Of a stretch of 64,000 nucleotides of DNA, positions 37,400 through 47,396 are shown piece by piece. Each line of letters starts with the position of its first letter. The stretch's first letter is position 1. The stretch comes from Candidatus Magasanikbacteria bacterium GW2011_GWC2_37_14 (lineage in GTDB: Bacteria > Patescibacteriota > Patescibacteriia > Magasanikbacterales > UBA922): assembly GCA_000990355.1 (NCBI GenBank), contig LBSX01000002.1, positions 6,000 to 69,999 on the forward strand, written 5' to 3'. Under the pieces are notes generated by a model. That model saw nothing but the letters and a program-made list of their open reading frames with translations. It did no database searches and was not told the DNA's origin. The position numbers and the translations under genes are program-made.

Positions 37400-40384
37400 A
37401 TGAAAGATCTGAATTTAGAACAAAAACAAGCAGTAGAATACACCTCTGGTCCGCTTTTGATTGTCGCCGGAGCTGGTACTGGTAAAACTACAGTAATCAC
37501 CCAAAAGATTACTTTTTTGGTTAAGCAAAATTTGGCCAAACCCGAAGAAATTTTGGCTTTAACTTTTACAGAAAAGGCAGCCGGGGAGATGCAGGAGCGC
37601 GTGGATCAACTATTGGATTTGGGTTATTCAGACATGCAGATTTCAACTTTTCATGCTTTTTGTCAAAAACTTTTAGAATTTCATGGGCTAGACATTGGCT
37701 TGTCAAATCAATTTAAATTATTAACTCCCACTGATGCTTGGCTCTTGGTACGTAAAAATTTAGATAAATTTAATTTGGATTATTATCGACCCCTGGGTAA
37801 TCCTACGCGCCATATCCATGAATTAATTAAACATTTTTCTAAGTGTAAGGATGAATTAATTACGCCAGCAGAATATTTAAAATATGCGGAAGAAGTGAGT
37901 TTGGATGATGATGCCGACCCCACCCCATCCTCCCCTACAAGGGGAGGGGAACGTAAGCGTCTCACTGAAATAGCTAATGCTTATCATACTTATAATCAAC
38001 TTTTGCTGGATAATAATTGTCTGGACTTTGGTGATCTAATTTTTTATGGCCTTAAATTGTTAAAAGAACGGCCAAATATTTTAAAATTATTGCAAAATAA
38101 ATATAAATATATTTTGGTTGACGAGTTTCAAGATGTTAATTATGCACAGTATGAATTGGTAAAATTGTTTACGACTAATGGAAATCAGTTAACAGTTGTG
38201 GGAGACGATGACCAGTCAATTTACGCCTTCCGCGGAGCATCGGTTTCCAATATCTTACGTTTTAAAGATGATTTTCCTAATGCCAAAGAAATTGTTTTAA
38301 CAGAAAATTATCGTTCAGGCCAAGAAATATTAGATTTAGCCTATAAATCAATACAAAATAATAATCCCGATCGTCTAGAGATTAAATTAAATATCAATAA
38401 ACAATTAAAGTCAGTAGTTAGTAGCCTGCCTGCCGGCGAGGCAGGTCTAAAGTCTGAAGTCGAATACAAGCATTTTAATACTTCAACTGAAGAAATTAAT
38501 TTTGTAATTAATAAAATTTGTGAGATTTGTAAAGATGAATCTGTAGTTTTGTCAGATTTTGCAATTTTAATTCGCGCCAATAGTCAGGCCGAACCGTTTA
38601 TTAATGCTTTTGAAAAAGTTGGTCTGCCTTATGAGTATCTGGCTTCGTCTGGATTATATCGCCAGCCATTAATTTTAGATTGTATTAACTTTTTAAAAGT
38701 ATTGGACAACTATCACGAATCCAGTGCTATTTTTCGTTTATTACATTTACCTTTTTTAAAATTTAATCCAGATGATTTACAAAAAATAACCTATTTTTCT
38801 AAGAAAAAAAGCATTTCTTATTATGAAACTCTAAAACGTGGATTGGAAATTAATTTATCAAAAACAGGTATTGAAATAGTCAATAAATTGTTAAATATAA
38901 TAAACAGTGGCACACAAATGGCCAAGGAAAAAAAACCTATAATAATTTTATTAGATTTTTTAGAACAAAGTGGTTATTTTAAATATCTTGCCTTGGAAGA
39001 TGAACAAGGTAATAGAGAAATAATTAAACAAATTAAAGAGCTACGAAGTTTTTTTGAAGAAGTTAAACACTACGAAGAATCAGTGCCTCAAGCACGCGTG
39101 TCAGATTTTTTGGAACATTATAATTATATTTTAGAGTCTGGTGATGAAGGGCAAATGTTTAAAAATCTAGAAGAAACAGAAGCGATAAAAATTTTAACGA
39201 TTCATTCTGCCAAGGGCTTAGAATTTAAATATGTTTTTGTTGTTAACTTGGTGGAAGAACGTTTTCCTAGTCGTAAACGTGGAGAAGCTATTGAATTGCC
39301 TGTATCATTAATTAAAGAAAATCTATCAGAAGTGGATTACCATGTTAATGAAGAAAGACGTTTATTTTATGTGGCCTGTACCAGAGCCAAAGAAAAATTA
39401 TTTTTAACTAGCGCGGATGATTATGGTGGGGTGAGAAAGAAGAAAGTTAGTAGGTTTATTGATGAATTAAATTTAAGTATGGAAGCAAGGCAACAATATA
39501 ACAATGTAACTATTGACACATTGCCACATTGTCACACTGTTGACAAAAAAGATATTAATCAGTCTAAAAGTACTACAATTTTATCTGACACCTTTTCCTA
39601 CTCCCAAATCAATTCATATCTTCGCTGTCCTTATCAGTATAAATTAGCCCATGTATTAAAAATTCCTACCACAGGCAATGCTAGTTTTAGTTTTGGTTCA
39701 ACTATACATAATACTTTACAAAAATTTTATAACCAGGTTATTGAATTAAATAGTATTAAACAAGATTCGTTGTTTGTTCAACATACTACAACTAAACAAG
39801 TTGGAGAAATAAAAGTTCCAACATTGGATAATTTACTAAAATTTTATAAAGATTCTTGGCAAGATGACTGGTATCAAAATAAACAACAACGAGAGGAATT
39901 TTACAAAAAAGGACATAAAATATTGGAAATATTTTATTCTTCAGAGCAAAAAAATGGCTGGACTGTGCCAGTTTTTCTAGAGAGCGGTTTTAAAATTAAA
40001 ATAGGAGATTATTTTATAAATGGACGCATAGATCATATTGATAAATTATCGGCTGGTGCTTTAAAGATTATTGATTATAAAACCGGTAAAGCTAAAGAAA
40101 AAGTAGTTGGCGATGATAAAAATCAACTGCTAATTTATCAAATTGCCGCGGAAATTTTACCTGAATACAAAAATATTGGCCCAGTTAGTGAATTAACTTT
40201 TTATTATTTAGAAGAAAATCTTACAACGTCTTTTGTTGGCGACGATAAAGACAAAACAAAACTACAAGAAAAAATTATCAAAACAATTGGGGAAATAAAC
40301 GATTCTAATTTTGTTGCCACACCCAGTGAACACATTTGTCAGCATTGTGATTTTAGAGACATTTGTCAGTTTAGACAATTATAA
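37400..40384 (+). CDS. UvrD/PcrA-like SF1 helicase fused to a C-terminal PD-(D/E)XK (RecB/Cas4-like) nuclease
   Basis: Motif I AGAGTGKT and motif II DEFQD. C-terminal region with IDYKTGK and a Cys cluster CQHCDF..C. Contains two short GC-palindrome inserts. Confidence 0.85.
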   Translation: MKDLNLEQKQAVEYTSGPLLIVAGAGTGKTTVITQKITFLVKQNLAKPEEILALTFTEKAAGEMQERVDQLLDLGYSDMQISTFHAFCQKLLEFHGLDIGLSNQFKLLTPTDAWLLVRKNLDKFNLDYYRPLGNPTRHIHELIKHFSKCKDELITPAEYLKYAEEVSLDDDADPTPSSPTRGGERKRLTEIANAYHTYNQLLLDNNCLDFGDLIFYGLKLLKERPNILKLLQNKYKYILVDEFQDVNYAQYELVKLFTTNGNQLTVVGDDDQSIYAFRGASVSNILRFKDDFPNAKEIVLTENYRSGQEILDLAYKSIQNNNPDRLEIKLNINKQLKSVVSSLPAGEAGLKSEVEYKHFNTSTEEINFVINKICEICKDESVVLSDFAILIRANSQAEPFINAFEKVGLPYEYLASSGLYRQPLILDCINFLKVLDNYHESSAIFRLLHLPFLKFNPDDLQKITYFSKKKSISYYETLKRGLEINLSKTGIEIVNKLLNIINSGTQMAKEKKPIIILLDFLEQSGYFKYLALEDEQGNREIIKQIKELRSFFEEVKHYEESVPQARVSDFLEHYNYILESGDEGQMFKNLEETEAIKILTIHSAKGLEFKYVFVVNLVEERFPSRKRGEAIELPVSLIKENLSEVDYHVNEERRLFYVACTRAKEKLFLTSADDYGGVRKKKVSRFIDELNLSMEARQQYNNVTIDTLPHCHTVDKKDINQSKSTTILSDTFSYSQINSYLRCPYQYKLAHVLKIPTTGNASFSFGSTIHNTLQKFYNQVIELNSIKQDSLFVQHTTTKQVGEIKVPTLDNLLKFYKDSWQDDWYQNKQQREEFYKKGHKILEIFYSSEQKNGWTVPVFLESGFKIKIGDYFINGRIDHIDKLSAGALKIIDYKTGKAKEKVVGDDKNQLLIYQIAAEILPEYKNIGPVSELTFYYLEENLTTSFVGDDKDKTKLQEKIIKTIGEINDSNFVATPSEHICQHCDFRDICQFRQL
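37913..37950 (+). repeat. GC-rich palindrome (family B), in-frame in the helicase gene
   Basis: gaccccacccc...cctcccctacaaggggagg is near-identical to the module at 1444-1464. Encodes PTPSSPTRGGE. Confidence 0.6.
38421..38450 (+). repeat. GC-rich palindrome (family B), in-frame in the helicase gene
   Basis: gtagcctgcctgccggcgaggcagg is near-identical to 1466-1487. Encodes SLPAGEAGL. Confidence 0.6.
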
Positions 40385-40418
40385 ATAATCGTGCTAAAAT
40401 AGCCTTATAACCAAATTT

Positions 40419-40673
40419 ATGAAACAATTGAAAAATAATGCCTCAGTAAATGACGAATTGATACTTTTAGCCGAAACAATTTTAGCCGAAGTTTTGGGTT
40501 TAGAAAATGCTATTTTTGTAAAACCTTTGTTTTTAAAAAATCGTACTCTTACGGTTGCGTGCACAAAAGTTGATTTAGCCCCTAGTATTAGAGAAAAACA
40601 GCAAATAATTGTCGAGAAAATTAATGAAAAATTAGGTAAAAACGAAGTAGACAGAATTCGTTATTTGTTGTAA
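40419..40673 (+). CDS. DUF721/DciA-like small protein
   Basis: KPLFLKNRTLTVACTKVDLAP...VDRIRY resembles the DUF721 pattern (V.V.SS.W..EL....I...LN..G...V.RIRF). Confidence 0.5.
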   Translation: MKQLKNNASVNDELILLAETILAEVLGLENAIFVKPLFLKNRTLTVACTKVDLAPSIREKQQIIVEKINEKLGKNEVDRIRYLL

Positions 40674-40681
40674 GATAATCT

Positions 40682-41104
40682 ATGAATTTAAGGCAATATT
40701 TTATAACTATGCTCATTGGCACAATTTTGTGCTGGCTAGCTTGGAGTATAGTAATTATCAATGTAAATCCTGCTGTTGACAGCGGATTGGGTTTTTTCTT
40801 TTTCTATCTCAGTTTGGGATTAGCCTTGTTGGGAACAATCTCTCTGTTAATTTTTGTAATATATTATTTTTTTTCAAAAAAAGAATTACCTTTATTTCGT
40901 TTTGTAAAAAAAAGTTTTCAGACAGCATTGTTTTTAACTTTTTTATTAATTATAATTTTGTATTTACAAGGTAAAGGCTATTTAAGCTGGTGGAATATAT
41001 TATTATTATTTATTATTGTTATTTTATTAGTTATTTTTAAAAAACTGAGTAAAACTTATGAAACAGAGCCAATTATTTACGAAAACAACCAAAAACATTC
41101 CTAA
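40682..41104 (+). CDS. hypothetical membrane protein
   Basis: Four predicted TM helices and no other motif. Confidence 0.4.
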   Translation: MNLRQYFITMLIGTILCWLAWSIVIINVNPAVDSGLGFFFFYLSLGLALLGTISLLIFVIYYFFSKKELPLFRFVKKSFQTALFLTFLLIIILYLQGKGYLSWWNILLLFIIVILLVIFKKLSKTYETEPIIYENNQKHS

Positions 41105-42302
41105 AGATGAACTGGCCAAAAATGCCGAACTTTTAATTCGTGCTGGTTTTATTCACAAAGAAATGGCAGGGGTTTATTCTCTTATGCCATTGGGTTTTAG
41201 GGTAATCAAAAATATTAAAAATATAGTTGCCGAAGAAATGGAAAAAATTGGTTCTGAAGAAATAATAATGTCTACTTTACAAAATAAAGAAATTTGGCAA
41301 AAAACCGACAGATGGGATGATGAAAAAGTGGATGTTTGGTTTAAATCACAATTAAAAAATGGTAACGAAGTAGGCTTTGGTTGGTCTCACGAGGAACCAA
41401 TTACCGAAATGATGAAATCATTTATAGTTAGTTACAACGACTTACCAAGATTTGTACATCAATTTCAAAATAAATTAAGGAATGAAATAAGAGCAAAAAG
41501 TGGAATTATAAGATGTCGGGAATTTATTATGAAAGACATGTATGCTTTTTGTGCTACAGACGAAGAAAACATGAATTTTTATAATAAAACCACTGAGGCT
41601 TATCTAAAAGTCTTTAAAAGAGTAGGTTTAGGTGATATTACTTATGTAACTTCAGCATCGGGGGGGCTCTTTACCGATAAATTTAGTCATGAGTTTCAAA
41701 CTATTTGTGAAACTGGTGAAGACATTATTTATATAAATAAAGAAAAAAATATTGCTGTTAACAAAGAAATTTACAACAAAGAAAATCTAGAAAAAATGAA
41801 AATGGAGATGAAAGATTTTGAGGAAAAGAAAACAGCCGAGGTAGGAAACATTTTTAATTTCGGCACTAATAAGTGCGAACAAATGGGTCTTTATTTTAAT
41901 GATAAAGATGGAAGTAAAAAACCTGTATATTTAAGTTCCTATGGGATTGGTATTACTAGACTTATGGGAGTTTTGGTGGATGTTCACCATGATGATAAAG
42001 GTATAATTTGGCCAGGCGAAGTTGCTCCATTTGATTATCATCTTATTTCTTTGGCCAAAACTGATGAAGAAAAAAAAGAAGCAGAAAAAGTATACGAAAA
42101 ATTAAAACAAATTGGCAAGGAAGTATTATTTGATGATAGAACAAATAAAACCGCTGGAGAAAAATTTGCTGACAGTGATTTAATAGGTATCCCTGTGCGT
42201 TTAATATTAAGCACTAAAACGTTGGAAGCTGGTGGTTTAGAAATTAAAAATAGAAATGAAAATGAAAGTAAAATAATTAAAATTGGTGAACTACTCCATT
42301 AA
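41058..42302 (+). CDS. proS: prolyl-tRNA synthetase (short form lacking the editing insertion)
   Basis: N-terminal MKQSQLF..LIRAGFI...GVYSLMPLGFRV pattern with class II motifs. Confidence 0.8.
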   Translation: MKQSQLFTKTTKNIPKDELAKNAELLIRAGFIHKEMAGVYSLMPLGFRVIKNIKNIVAEEMEKIGSEEIIMSTLQNKEIWQKTDRWDDEKVDVWFKSQLKNGNEVGFGWSHEEPITEMMKSFIVSYNDLPRFVHQFQNKLRNEIRAKSGIIRCREFIMKDMYAFCATDEENMNFYNKTTEAYLKVFKRVGLGDITYVTSASGGLFTDKFSHEFQTICETGEDIIYINKEKNIAVNKEIYNKENLEKMKMEMKDFEEKKTAEVGNIFNFGTNKCEQMGLYFNDKDGSKKPVYLSSYGIGITRLMGVLVDVHHDDKGIIWPGEVAPFDYHLISLAKTDEEKKEAEKVYEKLKQIGKEVLFDDRTNKTAGEKFADSDLIGIPVRLILSTKTLEAGGLEIKNRNENESKIIKIGELLH

Positions 42303-42305
42303 AAT

Positions 42306-43358
42306 ATGTTTTTAAATAATTTATTTAAAAAATTTAACAAAGAAATTGGAATTGATTTGGGTACTGCAAATACTTTGGTGTTTGTAAAAGACAAGGGAAT
42401 TATAATCAATGAACCCTCGGTAGTAGCTATAAATACTCGCACCGAACAAATTTTGGCCGTTGGTAATGAAGCCAAGAGTATGTTGGGTAAAACTCCACCT
42501 CATATTACAGTTACCAAACCACTAACCAATGGTATTATTTCTGATTATGAAGTAACTGAAAAAATGCTTAAATATTTTTTGGATAAGGCCAATGAAGGAA
42601 ATTATTCGTTTTTTAATCGGCCAAGAGTAATCATTTGTGTTCCTTTAGAAGTAACAGAGGTAGAAATTAAGGCTGTTGAAGATGCTACATTAGCAGCAGG
42701 TGCAGGAGAAGTGTTTGTTGTTCAGGAACCTATGGCAGCTGCTATTGGAGCACGCATGCCAATTCAAGATCCTGTGGGTAATATGATAGTTGATATTGGT
42801 GGAGGAAACTGTGAAGTAGCAGTAATTTCATTAAACGGTGTGGTAGCTTGGAAATCAATTATTATCGCTGGTGATGAAATGAATAGAAACATTACACAGT
42901 ATGCACGTGAAGTATTCAATTTATTTATTGGAGAAACACAAGCAGAACAAATAAAAATTAAAATAGGTTCTGCTATTGATGATGGAAATCCAACAGAGTT
43001 TGCTATGCGTGGTCGCGATGTTGTTACTGGATTACCAAGAGAAATAATGGTGACCGACACTCATATTCGCGAAGCTTTATCTCGCTCAGTAAACAGTATT
43101 GTTGAATCTATAAAAATGACATTGGAAATTACCCCACCAGAACTTACCGCCGATATACATGAAAGAGGCTTACTTTTAACGGGAGGTGGTTCATTATTAA
43201 AAGGTTTGGACAGAGTCATTGCCGAATCAACAGAAATACCAGTTAGAATTGCTGATGATCCATTGAGCGCTGTGGTTAGAGGTACAGGAATACTTCTAGA
43301 AGAAAAAGAATTACTAAAAGAAATTGCTTTACCTTCGGCCAGAATTAGTAAAAAATAG
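42306..43358 (+). CDS. mreB: rod shape-determining protein MreB
   Basis: IGIDLGTANTLV actin-fold phosphate-1 motif. Confidence 0.9.
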   Translation: MFLNNLFKKFNKEIGIDLGTANTLVFVKDKGIIINEPSVVAINTRTEQILAVGNEAKSMLGKTPPHITVTKPLTNGIISDYEVTEKMLKYFLDKANEGNYSFFNRPRVIICVPLEVTEVEIKAVEDATLAAGAGEVFVVQEPMAAAIGARMPIQDPVGNMIVDIGGGNCEVAVISLNGVVAWKSIIIAGDEMNRNITQYAREVFNLFIGETQAEQIKIKIGSAIDDGNPTEFAMRGRDVVTGLPREIMVTDTHIREALSRSVNSIVESIKMTLEITPPELTADIHERGLLLTGGGSLLKGLDRVIAESTEIPVRIADDPLSAVVRGTGILLEEKELLKEIALPSARISKK

Positions 43359-43363
43359 TTTTT

Positions 43364-44158
43364 ATGAAAAATAAATCTAAAACTTTTTTGGCTATAAGTG
43401 TTGTTATATTGTTAACAACATTTTTTCATTATATTGGTTTGTTAAAACCTTTGGAAAATTTAATTAGAAGTTTTATAAGTCCAGTATCCAAAGTAATGTA
43501 TGATTTAAGTTTAGAAATAAAAGGACAAAATCAAAATTTTTCAACAGTAGAAGAATTAAAAAATGCTTATATAATTTCCGAGGAGAAATTATTAGAAAAA
43601 GAAATTTTTGACTCTCAAATTAAATTAGTCTCAGCCGAAAATGAGGAGTTACGCAAAGAACTTAATTTTCTTAAAAAGAATAGTTATCAAACATTGGGAG
43701 CAGATGTAATTGGTAAAAATATTGATTCATTGGGTAATACTATCATTATAAACAGAGGGGAAGATTCAAATTTAAAAGTTGGGCAATCAGTTGTTGTTAG
43801 TGAAGGAGTTTTGATTGGAAAAATAATTAAAGTAGAAAAAAGTAATTCTGTAATACGTCTTATAAATGATAATCAAAGTAAAATTGCTGCCACAATATTA
43901 AATGAAAATAAAAGCATTGGTTTAGTTGAGGGCGGTTATGGTATAAGTATTTATCTTAATTTTGTGCCCCAAACCGAAAAAATTATTATTGGTGATGTTG
44001 TCGTTACTTCGGGGTTAGAAACCAATATACCAAAAGGATTACTGTTGGGTAAAGTAGAGGCAGTTGAAAAGGAAGCTTATCAACCTTTTCAAAAAGCTAT
44101 ACTTACACCTTTTGTTGATTTAGAAAAAATTTTTGTTGTTAGTGTTATTTTAATATAA
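43364..44158 (+). CDS. mreC: rod shape-determining protein MreC
   Basis: N-terminal TM, coiled-coil, and a C-terminal GDVVVTSG..P.GL.LGKV motif, following mreB. Confidence 0.75.
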   Translation: MKNKSKTFLAISVVILLTTFFHYIGLLKPLENLIRSFISPVSKVMYDLSLEIKGQNQNFSTVEELKNAYIISEEKLLEKEIFDSQIKLVSAENEELRKELNFLKKNSYQTLGADVIGKNIDSLGNTIIINRGEDSNLKVGQSVVVSEGVLIGKIIKVEKSNSVIRLINDNQSKIAATILNENKSIGLVEGGYGISIYLNFVPQTEKIIIGDVVVTSGLETNIPKGLLLGKVEAVEKEAYQPFQKAILTPFVDLEKIFVVSVILI

Positions 44159-44163
44159 CAAAT

Positions 44164-44709
44164 ATGCCCAGTTGGTTAAGATTTATTTTCATAATTTTGT
44201 TTATTGTTTTTATCACAAGTTTGCACGTTGGAGCTGTTTATCTTTTACCATACCCACTATCAAAAATGAATGTTTTATTTTCTTTTTTTATTATAATGTT
44301 ATTATGGCAAAATTCTGGTAAAATTGTCTGGATGGTTTTTTTTTCACATTTTTTAATAGAACTTTTTACTGTCAGCCCTTTCGGTATAATATTGTTTTCT
44401 AGTGTAATCGCTTTTTTAATAAGTTATTGGCTGTACCAAAATGTGTTTACAAATCGATCATGGTATGCAGCTTTAGTTTTATCTGTTTTTACGTTATCTA
44501 TATACAGAATTTTATATATAACATTATTATTTTTAGGTCAATTGTTGGGATGGCAAAACAACACACCATTACGTTTGGTTTTGGTAACTTCTTTTTGGGA
44601 ATTATTAACTACAACCGGATTTTTAATAATTATTTACTTTATATTTTCTCGTTTTTCAAAAAAATTAAGTTCAGCTGTTGTAATTGAAAGTTCAATATAT
44701 GGTAGATAA
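44164..44709 (+). CDS. mreD: MreD-like membrane protein
   Basis: Polytopic small membrane protein in the mreBCD position. Confidence 0.45.
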   Translation: MPSWLRFIFIILFIVFITSLHVGAVYLLPYPLSKMNVLFSFFIIMLLWQNSGKIVWMVFFSHFLIELFTVSPFGIILFSSVIAFLISYWLYQNVFTNRSWYAALVLSVFTLSIYRILYITLLFLGQLLGWQNNTPLRLVLVTSFWELLTTTGFLIIIYFIFSRFSKKLSSAVVIESSIYGR

Positions 44710-46687
44710 AAAATCATATTTTTTTGGTGAACCATTGTTTTCTGGTAAAAAATTAGAAGGTAAATTTAGAAATACATGGGTAGAAGAGTCTTTTTATTTT
44801 GAAAAGACTTTTGGTAAACAAAAAGAATTGGCTGGCACTACAAAAGAATATTTAGGAAATAACTTTACTAAAAATAAATATTTAATTAGTCTATTAACTA
44901 TAATTGCTGTATTTTTTTTAATTCTTTTCCGATTAATTTATTTACAAGTCTTTTCTGGTTCCGACTATAGAATTTTAGCAGAAAATAATCGTCAAAGAAT
45001 AATTCCTATTCCAGCTGAGAGGGGTTTAATCTACGATAGAAACAACATACCTCTTACAAAAAATATTCCAAATTTTGTTTTAACTCTTATTCCACAAACA
45101 TTACCAAAAGACGAAAACAAAAAAAATGAAATTATTAACAAATTAGCAGAATTAACAGCTATACCAAATGATGAAATTAAAATGATTATTGAAGAGTATG
45201 GTAATTATACATACGAATCTGTAGTAATAAAAGATAATATAGAATATGAAAAAGCCTTGTCAATCCTTATTGCTCTTGGAGATTTGCCTGGTATAGAAAT
45301 CAAGCAGGGTAGCAAACGTTTGTATATAAATAAAGAAGAAGTTATTTCTACCTCTACCCCAAGTTCTTTAGCCCATGTTTTGGGATATATTGGAAAATTA
45401 AACAAAAAAGAACTAGATAATTTGCACAGTAAAGGCTATTTACCATCAGATGTGATTGGAAAGGTAGGAATTGAAAAAACTTTTGAAACTTATTTACGAG
45501 GTATTTATGGTAAAAAAAGAATAGAAGTTAATGCCACGGGCAAAGAACAAAGCATTTTGGCGGAAGAAGCTCCAATACCAGGCAAACATTTAATTCTTAC
45601 CATAGACAAAAAAATTCAAAATAAACTAGAAGAAATAATTAGTAGTTATTTAAAAAATTTTCCATCCAAAAGGGCTGCTGCAGTAGCAATAAACCCACAA
45701 AATGGTGAAGTGTTAGCACTAATTAGTTTACCAGCGTTTGATAATAATGATTTTTCTGGTGGAATTAAATCAGTGGTTTATAATAATTACTTAAACGATA
45801 AAAATCAACCTCTTTACAATAGAGTAATTAGTGGTCTTTATCCATCGGGTTCTTCAATCAAGCCAGCAATCGCTGCTATAGCATTAGAAGAAGGAATTAT
45901 TACATCAGTAACTTCTTTTTTAAGTACCGGTGGTTTACAAGTGGGGGATTGGTTTTTCCCAGATTGGCAAGCCGGAGGTCATGGTAATACAAATGTTCGT
46001 AAGGCAATTGCTTGGTCAGTGAATACTTTCTTTTATTATATTGGGGGTGGTTACCGAGATTTTACTGGTTTAGGTGTAGAAAAAATTGTTGAATATTTAA
46101 AAAAGTTTGGATTTTCAACTCAAACAGGTATTGATTTACCAGCAGAAAATCAAGGTTTTTTACCTAGTAAAAAATGGAAGGAAGAAACCAAAAAAGAAAG
46201 GTGGTATGTTGGTGATACTTACAATGTTTCAATCGGACAAGGTGATATTTTAGTAACTCCATTACAAATTGCCAACATGACAGCTTTTTTTGCTAATGGT
46301 GGTGTTTTATACAAACCACAGATAATTAAATCCATTATTGACCCTGTAACAAATTTAGAAACAGAAAAAATTATTCCACAAATCATTAATAGAGATTTTA
46401 TTAAAAAAGAAAATATTAATACTGTAAAGTTAGGAATGAAAGATTGTGCCGATTATGGTTCTTGTCGTCGTTTAAGTTTGCTTCCTTTTTCGACTGCTGG
46501 AAAAACTGGCACAGCGCAATGGAACAAAAACAAACCAAACCATGCCTGGTTTACTTCCTTTGCTCCATACGAAAACCCACAAATTGTAGTAACTGTTTTA
46601 GTAGAAGAAGGTGGAGAGGGTAGTAGTATTGCTGTACCAATAGTTTATGATTTTTACAAATGGTGGGCAAACAATGGTTTAAAATAA
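44684..46687 (+). CDS. mrdA: penicillin-binding protein 2 (transpeptidase)
   Basis: SxxK (SSIKP), SxN (SVN) and KTG (KTGTAQ), with an N-terminal TM anchor, following mreD. Confidence 0.85.
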   Translation: MKVQYMVDKKSYFFGEPLFSGKKLEGKFRNTWVEESFYFEKTFGKQKELAGTTKEYLGNNFTKNKYLISLLTIIAVFFLILFRLIYLQVFSGSDYRILAENNRQRIIPIPAERGLIYDRNNIPLTKNIPNFVLTLIPQTLPKDENKKNEIINKLAELTAIPNDEIKMIIEEYGNYTYESVVIKDNIEYEKALSILIALGDLPGIEIKQGSKRLYINKEEVISTSTPSSLAHVLGYIGKLNKKELDNLHSKGYLPSDVIGKVGIEKTFETYLRGIYGKKRIEVNATGKEQSILAEEAPIPGKHLILTIDKKIQNKLEEIISSYLKNFPSKRAAAVAINPQNGEVLALISLPAFDNNDFSGGIKSVVYNNYLNDKNQPLYNRVISGLYPSGSSIKPAIAAIALEEGIITSVTSFLSTGGLQVGDWFFPDWQAGGHGNTNVRKAIAWSVNTFFYYIGGGYRDFTGLGVEKIVEYLKKFGFSTQTGIDLPAENQGFLPSKKWKEETKKERWYVGDTYNVSIGQGDILVTPLQIANMTAFFANGGVLYKPQIIKSIIDPVTNLETEKIIPQIINRDFIKKENINTVKLGMKDCADYGSCRRLSLLPFSTAGKTGTAQWNKNKPNHAWFTSFAPYENPQIVVTVLVEEGGEGSSIAVPIVYDFYKWWANNGLK

Positions 46688-46800
46688 AATGATATCCACA
46701 GTATTCTTTGCTCTTTTTTGTTTTTTTTTCTATACTACTCATTATCCGCAAGTTGCGGTTTATTTTATTAAGATTTTATATGCAAGATGATATTCAATAC

Positions 46801-47244
46801 ATGTCCGAAGAAAAATTAGCAGAATTAAAAAAAGAACTAATTTATTTAAAAAATGAAAAATCAATACAATTACGTAAACGTATAGATGAAGCTCGACAAA
46901 TGGGTGATTTATCAGAAAATGCTGAATATCACCAAGCTCGAGAAGATTTGTCTTGGGCATTATCACGAGTAAATGAAATCCAGTCAATTTTAGGTAATGC
47001 CCAGATCATTGTTAACACTGTTGGCAAGGGCGTTTCTCTTGGCTCTTTTGTAAAAGTAGAAGATAAAAGTGGTAAAGAAAAAGAATTTACTATTGTAGGT
47101 GCGCAAGAAGCAAACCCTTTAATTGGTAAAATTTCCAATGAATCACCACTTGGTAACGCTCTTTTAGGTAAGAACAAAGGTGACAAAGTAGAAATAAATA
47201 CTCCAGGTGGTATCCAGATATACAAAATCCTAAAAGTTGGCTAA
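46801..47244 (+). CDS. greA: transcription elongation factor GreA (second paralog)
   Basis: GDLSENAEYHQA motif. Start could be at 46780. Confidence 0.75.
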   Translation: MSEEKLAELKKELIYLKNEKSIQLRKRIDEARQMGDLSENAEYHQAREDLSWALSRVNEIQSILGNAQIIVNTVGKGVSLGSFVKVEDKSGKEKEFTIVGAQEANPLIGKISNESPLGNALLGKNKGDKVEINTPGGIQIYKILKVG

Positions 47245-47247
47245 AAT

Positions 47248-47274
47248 TAGTCTACCTACTGGCAGGCAGGCTAA
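47248..47274. repeat. GC-rich palindrome (family B, inverted orientation)
   Basis: tagtctacctactggcaggcaggcta is the reverse complement of the tagcctgcctgcc(g/a)gtagg module. Confidence 0.5.
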
Positions 47275-47396
47275 ATATTCTACAAATACCTCAAAAAAAT
47301 GGGGTATTTGTGTTTTTTGTGGTTTTTTGCTAAAATAAAAGATAATAAATCCCTGTAAAAAGGATCTTTTTTCACTACAAATAACTAGCTAATTTT

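Noticed and set aside
47245-47396. T-box or lysine riboswitch in the leader of about 150 nt upstream of lysS (and leaders of metG, serS, proS, gltX)
   Set aside because: There is no T-box consensus (AATNNGGTGGNACCGCG-like) and no L-box features. The other aaRS genes have leaders of only a few nucleotides.
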